Shown here: in pieces, positions 39,854-48,879 of the stretch
Layout: each line of letters opens with the position of its first letter
How positions within the stretch are numbered: the first letter of the stretch is position 1
From: an uncultured delta proteobacterium
Lineage (GTDB): Bacteria > Desulfobacterota > Binatia > UBA9968
Length of the DNA stretch: 64,000 nucleotides
NCBI GenBank assembly: GCA_963771465.1
Contig: CAVYTU010000008.1
Location: 256,001-320,000 of the forward strand
Reading direction: 5' to 3'
Notes under the pieces: generated by a model
The model's database searches: none
What the model was told of the DNA's origin: nothing
What the model saw: the letters and a program-made list of their open reading frames with translations, nothing else
Translations under genes and position numbers: made by a program

Positions 39854-40315
39854 ATGACCATCGCTCTGCTTATTCTTCATGGACTCCTCGCCGTCGCCTT
39901 GCTCGGCGCGATTACGCATCAAACCATCGCCGTCTGGCTCCCAGTGCGCGGCAGCGCAGAATCGTTCGTCGGACGCATGCGCTCGGTGTCGGCAACCTCT
40001 TATGTGGCGGCGATCGTCGTGCTTTACCTCGTCACAGCGCTTTTGGGCGGCATCATTTATCCAACTTATCGTGTTAACGTCAGTCCCATCCTGCTGCAGC
40101 TTGAGGTACACAAAGCCAACGGCGCATTCGAGCTCAAAGAACACTTCGCCGCAATCGCTCTCGGCATGTTGCCCGCCTATTGGTACTTCTGGCGCCAACC
40201 GCGGATCGACGAGCACGCGCGCACGCGTGCCGTCATCACCGCAATCCTGGCTTTTACGGTCTGGTGGAACTTTCTCGTCGGCCACGTGCTCAACAACATT
40301 CGGGGATTTGAATGA
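39854..40315 (+). CDS. Hypothetical membrane protein with His residues in TM segments
   Basis: About 4 TM segments; HG...THQ, FELKEH, GHVLNN. Confidence 0.75.
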   Translation: MTIALLILHGLLAVALLGAITHQTIAVWLPVRGSAESFVGRMRSVSATSYVAAIVVLYLVTALLGGIIYPTYRVNVSPILLQLEVHKANGAFELKEHFAAIALGMLPAYWYFWRQPRIDEHARTRAVITAILAFTVWWNFLVGHVLNNIRGFE

Positions 40316-40653
40316 TGATCGCCGTGCGCTCATCGGCCAACTTCGTCATCACTTTCGCCATCGCCTTTGCCGTCCTTTATGTGCTCGCAGTGGAAAACAA
40401 CTGGGCGCTGTTCACCTATCACGCGGCATTGGAGGAGTTCGCCTTCTTGGTCGAGAAACAGAAAGACGGCCCGGCGATGTATTGGTACGGCTGGTTGAGC
40501 ACCGCGGGTATCGGCGCGTTCGCGCTCGCCGCCGCGGCTTCCTGGGCGCCGGAGAGTTTGTCGAAACGGATTTGGCCCGGTTTGGCGTGGGCCGTGCCGC
40601 TGGCGACCATGTTCGCTTTCGTTTATATTCTGCGTGGGTTTTTCACTAAGTGA
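40312..40653 (+). CDS. Hypothetical membrane protein
   Basis: ATGA overlap with the upstream gene; GPAMYWYGW; 3 TM segments. Confidence 0.75.
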   Translation: MMIAVRSSANFVITFAIAFAVLYVLAVENNWALFTYHAALEEFAFLVEKQKDGPAMYWYGWLSTAGIGAFALAAAASWAPESLSKRIWPGLAWAVPLATMFAFVYILRGFFTK

Positions 40654-40705
40654 ATCTTGCGCGCACAGCGGCGCGGCGAATCCCGGAATCGACCTTGGAG
40701 GCTCC

Positions 40706-41116
40706 ATGAAGTCATTGGCAATTTTACTCGCGTTGGTGTTTGCGTTCACCTTTACAGTCACTGTAACGGTGGCGAATCGAGCTTGGGCTGGCGGCGAAGC
40801 CGGACTTGACGATCATTCGCATGACGACGGGCCGTACTATTTTGGATTTGTCAAAGATAACTCTCGCAAGGCGATTCGCGACGCCAAGGTGACGGCAGAA
40901 ATGAAAGGCCGGCCGTCCATCGTCACCCGTACCAATGCGGCCGGCTTCTATCGCATCCCTGGTTTTGGCAAAGACATCGCGCCGAACAACGTGAACGTCT
41001 CATGCGCGAAAGATGGCTACAAGCAGACCAAAGTGTTGGTAAAGACAGCCGCCACGAAAAAGCCGGTGACGGCCATCGAGATCGAATGCACCATGCAGAC
41101 GGTCGGGATCAAGTAG
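40706..41116 (+). CDS. Exported carboxypeptidase-regulatory-like domain protein
   Basis: Signal peptide, DDHSHDD, FGFVKD...I.DAKV, TNAAGFYRI, C.K.GY. Confidence 0.75.
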   Translation: MKSLAILLALVFAFTFTVTVTVANRAWAGGEAGLDDHSHDDGPYYFGFVKDNSRKAIRDAKVTAEMKGRPSIVTRTNAAGFYRIPGFGKDIAPNNVNVSCAKDGYKQTKVLVKTAATKKPVTAIEIECTMQTVGIK

Positions 41117-41154
41117 CATTGCAACATGCCGAGAATAACCCCTGTCTATCTGCC

Positions 41155-42201
41155 ATGCCGTCATCACGCGTCACTCCAGCGCAAGCGCAAATTCGGGCTA
41201 TCCTCATCTCAAGATACGCTTTCGTCTGCGCGCTCGTTCTAATTCTCTGCGCCGGCGATCGTGTCGACGTTGCGGCGCAAAACATTCCGCTCCGCTACGG
41301 CCAAGCGATCTCGGCGGCGAAAAGCATTTTCTCGCTGCCGATCTTTGTCGGCGAGCGCGAGGGCTTCTTTCGGCGCGAGGGATTGGACTTCAAAATTATC
41401 ATTCCGATCCCCGGCGGTTCGGACAAAATGATCGATGCGCTGCACGACGATACCGTGGACATCACCCACGTCGCCGTGCCGTTTTTGATCCGCGCCGCGC
41501 TCAACGGCTCTGACGCCGTTGCCATCGCTGCTGAATTTACCAATCCGATCTATAGTTTGGTCGCCAAGCCTGAAATAAAATCCTTCACCGATCTCAAAGG
41601 CAAGTTGCTCGGTCTCGCCGACGAAGCCGGCACGATCACAATCTCGACACGCAAACTACTCGCCTTGCACGGCGTGCGTGCCGGCGATTTTCGCGTCAAG
41701 ATCATCGAAGGCACGCCGACGCGCTGGAACTGCCTCAAACGCGGCGAATGCGACGCCGTGCCGCTCGGCCAGCCGCAGGACTTGATCGCGCAAAAGGAAG
41801 GATTTCGCGTGCTCGGTGTTTCCAACGACGCCGTGCCGGACTTTCTCTACACCGTCAGCGCCGTGCGGAAATCCTGGGCCGAAAAAAACCGCGACGCGGT
41901 GGTGCGCTACCTCCGCGGTCTCAGCGCGGCGTTCAAATTCATCCGCGACCCGGCGAACCGCAAAGCTGTCGTCAAAACCATCGTCGACACGACCGACACT
42001 CCCGCCGACATCGCGCAGCAAACCCTCGCACTATTCTTCGAGCCCGAACGCAACGTGCTGCCGAAGCAAGGCGAAATCAACCTCAAAGGGTTGCGCCAGG
42101 TGATCGCCTTCATGGGCGAAGCGGGATTGCTCAAACCGCCGCTGCCAGCGCCAGACCGCTTTGTCGAATTGAAATATTTACAGACTGCCGGCGTGAAGTA
42201 G
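41155..42201 (+). CDS. ABC substrate-binding protein (SsuA/NMT1-like)
   Basis: GFFRREGLD, IKSFTDLKGK, WAEKNRD.V.RYLR; start approximate. Confidence 0.85.
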   Translation: MPSSRVTPAQAQIRAILISRYAFVCALVLILCAGDRVDVAAQNIPLRYGQAISAAKSIFSLPIFVGEREGFFRREGLDFKIIIPIPGGSDKMIDALHDDTVDITHVAVPFLIRAALNGSDAVAIAAEFTNPIYSLVAKPEIKSFTDLKGKLLGLADEAGTITISTRKLLALHGVRAGDFRVKIIEGTPTRWNCLKRGECDAVPLGQPQDLIAQKEGFRVLGVSNDAVPDFLYTVSAVRKSWAEKNRDAVVRYLRGLSAAFKFIRDPANRKAVVKTIVDTTDTPADIAQQTLALFFEPERNVLPKQGEINLKGLRQVIAFMGEAGLLKPPLPAPDRFVELKYLQTAGVK

Positions 42202-42271
42202 GCGATTAGAGAGATCTGAATCGGCTACGAGCCATTCAGTTCACCTGTGGGAAATTGTATAGTCAAAGCTT

Positions 42272-43030
42272 ATGATTCCCTACCGCGACGAAAACGAAAC
42301 CCAGCGCCTGGCGCTAGTCACCGGCGCCATCATCGCATTGAACATTTTCTCATGGCTGTTCGTCCAAGGCGCCGGTTCTGATCTCGCGCTGGCCAAGTCA
42401 GTATGCAATCTCGGACTCATTCCCGGTGAATTGACTGCGACCCTGCCGCCGGGAAGCCGCTTTCCACTCGGCGAAGGCGTCGCCTGCGTCACCGACCCCG
42501 GCCGTCAAGCGTCGCATTTAATCACCTCGATGTTTCTTCATGGCGGCTGGATGCATCTCTTAGGCAACATGTGGTTCCTATGGATTTTCGGCAACAACGT
42601 CGAAGACTCCATGGGTCACCTGCGCTTCATCGCTTTCTACCTGCTAACAGGATTGGCTGCTGCATTCGGTCAAGTCGTCACCAATCCCAATTCCATCATT
42701 CCCATGGTCGGCGCCTCGGGAGCGATCAGCGGCGTCATGGGCGCCTATCTGGTGCTTTATCCGCGAGTGAAAGTTTACGCGCTGATACCGATTTTCATCT
42801 TTTTCACTTCCGTCGCGCTGCCCGCTTGGGCCATGCTTGGCTACTGGTTTGTCATCCAGCTCCTCAGCGGATTGGTTTCGCCCGGGGAAATGGGCGGCGT
42901 CGCCTTCTGGGCGCATACCGGCGGTTTCATCGCCGGCGTAGTCCTAATCAAACTCTTCGCCCGCCAAGAGTACATCAAAGCCCACCGCGCCCATCACTGG
43001 CGCCCGCAGCGTGTCATGGGCGAGTGGTGA
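42272..43030 (+). CDS. Rhomboid family intramembrane serine protease
   Basis: SMFLHGGWMHLLGNM, GASGAISG, VAFWAHTGGF. Confidence 0.95.
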   Translation: MIPYRDENETQRLALVTGAIIALNIFSWLFVQGAGSDLALAKSVCNLGLIPGELTATLPPGSRFPLGEGVACVTDPGRQASHLITSMFLHGGWMHLLGNMWFLWIFGNNVEDSMGHLRFIAFYLLTGLAAAFGQVVTNPNSIIPMVGASGAISGVMGAYLVLYPRVKVYALIPIFIFFTSVALPAWAMLGYWFVIQLLSGLVSPGEMGGVAFWAHTGGFIAGVVLIKLFARQEYIKAHRAHHWRPQRVMGEW

Positions 43031-43117
43031 GCGATCACGCGATTAGCACGCGTTGTCGCAACGACATAACATTCGTCCGATGAACGAGGCAGGATAGCAG
43101 GTTGATGATGAACACCC

Positions 43118-44125
43118 TTAGTTTTTAAAAACTTTGTCGATAAAACCGCTCTTGTCCAACTCACGCACGATGGACTCGTCGACCATGTCCTCGAAGCGTA
43201 GTTGCGCGCCGGGTTTGCGCGCGGTCGCTATCGCCTCGCGGATCTGAACTTCCACCCCGGGCCGGGTCACCAGCGGCACCGCGTCGTAAAGTTTAGCGCT
43301 CGCCGTGTAGGCCGCTTCCAGATAATCCTCATTGTTAGTCCTTGCGTATTTCGCCATGATCTTCTTGCTCTCGACTTTGCGCGTTTTAACGAAGTGCACC
43401 GCTTCGATATGCGCCATGATTACTTTTCTGACGGTTTCTCGATTCTTCTGCAAGTAAACCTTCGTCGTCGCCGCGCAGATGTAGGGAAACTCAAAGCGCT
43501 GTTTAAAATCCGCCGTGCTGATGAGAATCCTGAAGGGCATCCCTTTAGTCAGATGAATGATGCCTGGAGGCGACGGGAAACCCGCGATGCGACCGACGCG
43601 AAACGCCGCGGCACGCTCCGACGATCCGCCGACTTGCATGATCGGCACTTGCTTGTCGGGCTCCAATCCCAAGCCGCGCAGCAGTGCCCGCGCCGCCACG
43701 TCGGAGGCGCTGCCGAGACGGCTGATGCCGATACTTTTGCCCTTCAGTTCCTCCGCCGATTTTATCGATTCGTTGACGACCAACTCGTACGGCAAGGAAT
43801 TGAGATAGCAGGAGACCATGGCGATCTGTGCGCCGGCCAACACCGCGTTCGCGATCGCACCTCCCGACACGTTGGCAGCATGGACATCGCCAGCCAGGAG
43901 ACTCGTCAAACTGGTCGTCGTGCTGGGAATAAACAGCAGTTCGGCGTCTAGACCGTATTTCTTATAAAACCCCAAATCCTGCGCCAGAAACCACACCGCA
44001 TTGCTGGTCTCCAACGCACTGTGTGACAAGCGTATCTTCTCCTGGCCCAAAGCGTGGCCAAAAAGACCGGCCGTGACAAACAACAATAGACCGCTGAGAA
44101 GATTCATCGGCCGCGAAACTTTCAT
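43118..44125 (-). CDS. ABC substrate-binding protein (SsuA/NMT1-like)
   Basis: Signal peptide, G.YKKYGLD, LKGKSIGISRLGS, LDKSGFID. Confidence 0.88.
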   Translation of the reverse strand: MKVSRPMNLLSGLLLFVTAGLFGHALGQEKIRLSHSALETSNAVWFLAQDLGFYKKYGLDAELLFIPSTTTSLTSLLAGDVHAANVSGGAIANAVLAGAQIAMVSCYLNSLPYELVVNESIKSAEELKGKSIGISRLGSASDVAARALLRGLGLEPDKQVPIMQVGGSSERAAAFRVGRIAGFPSPPGIIHLTKGMPFRILISTADFKQRFEFPYICAATTKVYLQKNRETVRKVIMAHIEAVHFVKTRKVESKKIMAKYARTNNEDYLEAAYTASAKLYDAVPLVTRPGVEVQIREAIATARKPGAQLRFEDMVDESIVRELDKSGFIDKVFKN

Positions 44126-44203
44126 AGGTCCTCCTTTTGAGAGCTGCGCTGTGGACCGTAACCAAGATGGTTTGAGTGTTGTACTTAACTGGTAAAGAAT
44201 CCT

Positions 44204-44515
44204 CTAGCGCCACGCGGCATCGCTTGGAATAATATTCTTGCCGAAACGGCGTTCCGCCGGCGCCGCGATCCAGTCTTTGGTTTTCTCCGCGTAGTACTTG
44301 AAATGCGGCGACTCGCGATGCGCCGCTAGCGCTGCCTCGTCCCTGTAGACCTCGTAAAAATAGAAACGGTACGGATCATCGCGGTCCTGGATAACATCGA
44401 AGCGCAAACAGCCCGGCTCATCCTTTTCGGAATGCTCCGCGTCGTGGCGCACCACGTCCAAAAACTCCCCGACGTGTTCCGGTTTCACTTGAATCGTGAC
44501 ATGCAGAATCACCAT
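44204..44515 (-). CDS. Antibiotic biosynthesis monooxygenase / LsrG-like protein
   Basis: EPGCLRFDV, FYEVYRD..ALAAHRESPHF. Confidence 0.9.
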   Translation of the reverse strand: MVILHVTIQVKPEHVGEFLDVVRHDAEHSEKDEPGCLRFDVIQDRDDPYRFYFYEVYRDEAALAAHRESPHFKYYAEKTKDWIAAPAERRFGKNIIPSDAAWR

Positions 44516-44655
44516 GGCGCCTCCTTATTTAATTCGGATTATTCACAATCCAACAGGTTTCTTTGGATATTTAGGAACCGACACCAAGCTTCGGCCAATG
44601 ATTCCGTTAAACTAAGTCCGTCTCTGTGGCACATAGCAAACTATCGTTTAGCGAG

Positions 44656-45300
44656 ATGGACGCAAGAACACAAACAAATTTCTGGGACCGTCGTATCGTT
44701 CCCGCGGCCGCACTGACCGTCTACTTCATCGGTTGCTCGCTCCTTCTCCACCCGTATGACAACCTGCCCTTTGTAGACGATTGAGCCTACGCGTGGAGCG
44801 TCGAACAACTGCTGAAGACCAGAGAGCTACGTATTTCCGACTGGTCGGCTCACTATCCGCTTGCGCAGATTGCATGGGATATCTGTTCCGTTTGCCCTTC
44901 GGTTTTTCCTTTACCGCGCTGCGGGTCTCGACTGTGGTACTGTCCCTTTTGTCAGCCTCGCCAATATTGCGTTTTTCTTTACCCTTGGCATCTGCCGGAC
45001 CGCGCAAGGTATCTGTGGCTGGGGAGCGAGGATCGTTTCACGCGACGCTGTTCGTCGAACGGTTTTGCATAGTCTCTGGTGCTTGAAACGGTGCAGTCTG
45101 CCATTCGCGCATGGATCACACCGTTCTTAACCGGGCGCAAATTTACGGGCTGCGTCAATCTGCTGACGAGAGCCTTCGAGAGGTTTACGCGATCGCTTGG
45201 CTTTGAGCCGCCCGGCCTGTTCCGTCCCGAGCTTCCACCTATTCGGAAGCAAGGCGAGGCCTCCTACGGGTTGTTCGTGCTTCTTAGTCTCGTCGTTTAG
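44656..45300 (+). pseudogene. Membrane glycosyltransferase (GT39/ArnT-like) pseudogene
   Basis: ATG at 44656, ..NLPFVDD*AYAWSV (TGA at 44782 where Trp is expected), frameshift after AQIAW, then FGFSFTALRVST; degenerate afterwards; end approximate. Confidence 0.7.
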
Positions 45301-45328
45301 ACATGTCGATTTTTCGATTACTTATATA

Positions 45329-45341
45329 AATCAAAAGCTTG
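45329..45341 (+). promoter_or_regulatory. IHF binding-site consensus
   Basis: AATCAAAAGCTTG matches WATCAANNNNTTR exactly, with an AT-rich 5' flank. Confidence 0.6.
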
Positions 45342-45360
45342 CGTACCCAGCATCCATTTT

Positions 45361-45502
45361 ACAGCTCTAGAGGTTTGTGTAGACAGCTGTTTTCGCAGGC
45401 CTGGATAAGCTGTATCAAATTAGTAAATCAGCTCTCCACCTATTGCAATGCAGCTGGTTGGCTGATAGAAAGACAGCTCTTAAATAGAATGTTTAGAGCT
45501 GA
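45361..45502. promoter_or_regulatory. Phased array of seven 8-bp palindromic boxes (consensus ACAGCTST), period 22-23 bp
   Basis: AGCT cores start at 45363, 45385, 45408, 45430, 45452, 45475, 45497; spacers are unrelated. Confidence 0.85.
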
Positions 45503-45519
45503 CGGCGAAAGATCGTAGG

Positions 45520-46630
45520 ATGAAACTTACTTTTCCTGTCATAAGAGGAAGCATGGGTAGGCGAGAGTATTATTCGCTCCTGGTTCCGCTTTCAGAGATT
45601 CCTCATTTATTCAAATTTAACGATTGGGCAGGATGTACTCCGGAATTGCAGGCGCAAAGGGTGCTGAATAAGGCAAGGGTTCCGGATATCACGAACTACA
45701 TACTTGAAAATGATGATGGGTTTTTGTTTTCATCTATCACCGCTTCCTACTCTTGTCCCGTAAAGTTCACCTCTTCAGCAGAGTACGCCGACGTTGGCAC
45801 TTTAGAGATGGACTTCGAAAACCTGGAGCTTATTATCAACGATGGCCAGCATCGGTGCGCGGCGATTGCTGCGGCACTCAAAGAGAATCCTGCGCTTGGG
45901 AAGGAAAAAATCTCGGTGCTTCTCTTTGAGACGGAAAGTATGGAACGGCTTCAGCAGATGTTCTCAGATTTAAATCGATTCGTGCAGCAGACGTCAAAAT
46001 CGCTAGGGATGCTCTATGATCGTCGAGATAACCTTTCCGCGCTCACAATGGAGTTGGCCGAGCAGGTCGACGTATTCCGAGACATGGTGGAGAAAGAGAA
46101 AGTAACGATTCCGCGGAGGTCTCCCAAGCTTTTTACCATCTCGGCTTTATACGAAGCGAATGAAGAATTGCTGGGTAAAAAAATCGCTGAACAGGGATCA
46201 CCGGTGTACGGAGAGATTCTCAAGACGGCTGTCGATTACTGGACAGAGCTTTCGCAGATCATTGGTGACTGGCAAAAAGTCAAAAATGGCGAACTTAGCG
46301 CTTCCGAACTCCGCCAAGAGAAGATCAATACTCATGCGGTTGTTTTGCGTGCGCTCGGAGGGCGTTGGCAAAACGTTGCTCGAAAAATATCCTGAGAACT
46401 GGCGGGGAAAACTCAAACTTCTCGAAAGGCTTGATTGGCGGAAAACCGTAGATAGTAGCGCGAATCCTCTGTGGGATGCCGTGTGTATCACCGCGGGTTC
46501 AGTCGTCTCCAACAGACAGGCACGAGCAGCTACTTTCGCGGTCTTGTTACGAGAAATCGGCGAATCGCCAAACGGAAAAGTGACACACAAAGAATCTGCG
46601 GAGGTGACTAGTGCGCAGGCGACTGAATAA
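45520..46630 (+). CDS. dndB: DndB / DGQHR-domain protein, one frameshift near 46360
   Basis: TFPVIRG.MG.REYY, AQRVLNKARVP.I..YI, FSSITAS, INDGQHR, QQMFSDLNR, SPKLFT; C-terminus (LDWRK..NPLW...C) in the next frame. Confidence 0.88.
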
Positions 46631-48586
46631 TCGAAACCACCGTAAAAATTCTACCGTTGCCGATCGGCAGGGAGCTGCCGGGGGCGCTCTCAGCGTGGTT
46701 AGTGCCGATGCTGCGGAGGATCGATCTACAACTCGCCTGTGGCAGTTACTTCCAACTGCATGGAACTTAATCCGACCCTACTGGTCCTCGGAGGACCGCT
46801 GGGCGGCGTGGGGGCTGCTCGTCGTCGTGGTCGGACTCACCCTCGGGATGGTTCATATCAGTGTGCTCTTTAGTTATTGGAATAAAGCATTCTTCAGCGC
46901 CCTTGAGAATAGAGACCAAACCGCCTTTCTCCATCAACTGCTCCGCGTGTCGTGGCTAATCGGTATCTATCATCGTCTTCGCCGTCTATCAGCTTTACCT
47001 GAATCAGATGCTCGAGATCCGCTGGCGGCGCTGGCTTACCGAGCGATACCTTCGCGCTTGGCTGGCCGATGGAGCTTATTATCGGATGCAGCTCGACGCG
47101 CGTGACACCGACAATCCCGACCAACGCATCGCTGAAGACGTTCACCTGCTGGTTTCCCATACCCTCACTCTTCTTATGGGAGGATTGCGGGCGGTGGTGT
47201 CGATGGCTGCTTTTATGGGAATCCTCTGGTCGCTCTCCGGGACGTTCACGGTCCCGCTTGGCTGGTTCTCTCTCAGTTTGCCGGGCTACATGGTGTGGGC
47301 GGCCATGTTATACGCTATCGGCGGGACTTGGCTCACCGACCGGATCGGTCGCCCACTCGTGGGCCTAAATTTCGACAAGCAGCGTTGTGAAGCCGACTTC
47401 CGGTTCAGCCTAGTGCGCTTTCGCGAGAACGCCGAGGGAGTCGCGCTCTACCGCGGCGAGGCGGACGAGTTACGTTCTTTCCGCGAACGGTTCGAAGCGG
47501 TAGTGACCAATTGGTGGGGCATCATGCGCCGACATAAGCGGTTGACTTGCTTCACTTCAGGCTACGGCCAAGGGGCCTGGATTTTCCCGTCCGTCATGGC
47601 GGCGCCGCGTTACTTCCGAGGCGAGATTGCGCTCGGAGGGCTCATGCAGACGATCGGGGCTTTCAGCCAGCTACAGGATTCGCTAAGCTTTTTTATCGAC
47701 TCTTATAAAGTGATTGCTGAATGGTGCTCGGTGGTCGAGAGGCTCTCCGGGTTCGAACGCGCACTCGAGCACGTGCTGATTCAGGCGGCGAATGGCGGAG
47801 GCGTCCGCAGTCGATGAGCGGCCAGCGGCTCATTTAGCTGTAGAGGGTGTGGATCTCCATCTGCCTAGTGGTCAGCCGCTCATCGCCAATGTGAATCTCT
47901 CGCTCCAGAGCGGCGACACAGTACTCCTAGGGGGAGCTTCGGGATGCGGCAAGAGTACGCTGGTTCGTGCCATGGCGGGAATTTGGCCTTTTGGCCAGTG
48001 GCGAGATCCGCCGACCGCGTCGGCGCGCGGGTCCTCTTTCTTCCGCAGAGACCTTACCTGCCGATCGGTACACTTCGGGAAGTGGTGAGTTACCCGATGC
48101 CAACGGGTGGGTGTGATGACGCGATACTGCGTGAGGCGCTACTGGCCGTCGGGCTCCCTGGGTTCGCCGAACGGCTTAGCGAGGCTGGCCATTGGGCGCT
48201 CCAACTTTCCCCCGGCGAACAGCAGCGCATCGCCTTTGCCCGCGCGCTGGTACAGAAGCCCGAGTGGCTGTTCCTTGATGAGGCGACCTCGGCAGTCGAC
48301 GAGGCTACAGAGGCGCGTCTTGTATCGACTGGTGCGCGAGCGGCTTGCCGGCACGACTGTATTCAGCATCGGTCATCGGGCGACATTGCGTGCGTTCCAC
48401 GCTCGCCAGCTTTTGGTGCGGGCCAACGGGGCAGGGACCTTCCTCGATCGTAGAAGTGACCGCCGTGCCGGAATCGGCTCGAAGCAATTCCGCCACTTCC
48501 GATGCACGACAAAGTCGCTGCAATGGCTGGGTAATAATCGCGACCGAACTATAACGTCTAACGATCTCCGGTCGTTACCACGTTAA
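46611..48586 (+). pseudogene. YddA/SbmA-BacA-like fused ABC transporter with multiple frameshifts
   Basis: PYWSSE, IRWRRWLT, DNPDQRIAED, EADFRFSL.RFRENAE, GASGCGKST, LSPGEQQR, LDEATSA spread across at least 5 frame segments. Confidence 0.85.
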
Positions 48587-48879
48587 TGAAATCCGTCGAG
48601 ATATGCGACGATAAGTGTATTTGAATGCTTAGGCGTGCGGCTGGCTCTAAATGTTACTGAGCACTTCTCAAGATCTTTCCCCGAGCATCTGATCGCGCAG
48701 TCACACTGATATTCAGGCAGGCGTTGGGTGCAGTTGTTTTGCCAAAGCACTGTGCTCGTACCTTGCGCGTGACAGTTTTCGCAAATATTCAAAAACTCTC
48801 TCCCGGCAATCCAGCTTTGAAACATTGACTGGAGGGTTTTACAATGTCCCCAGCCCATCAGCCAATCTGAAGTTGGAGG

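Noticed and set aside
44782-44784. TGA recoding (Trp or Sec) in the GT pseudogene
   Set aside because: TGA ends other genes normally in this window and the same gene has further lesions.
45361-45502. Phased array as a CRISPR array
   Set aside because: The conserved unit is only 8 bp with 14-15 bp spacers, far below CRISPR dimensions, and there are no cas genes; kept as a protein-binding array.
48730-48847. Sigma-54-like TGGCAAAACAACTGC (minus) and ACATTG-N14-CAATGT palindrome
   Set aside because: Imperfect -12 element and no downstream gene on that strand; short palindromes arise by chance.
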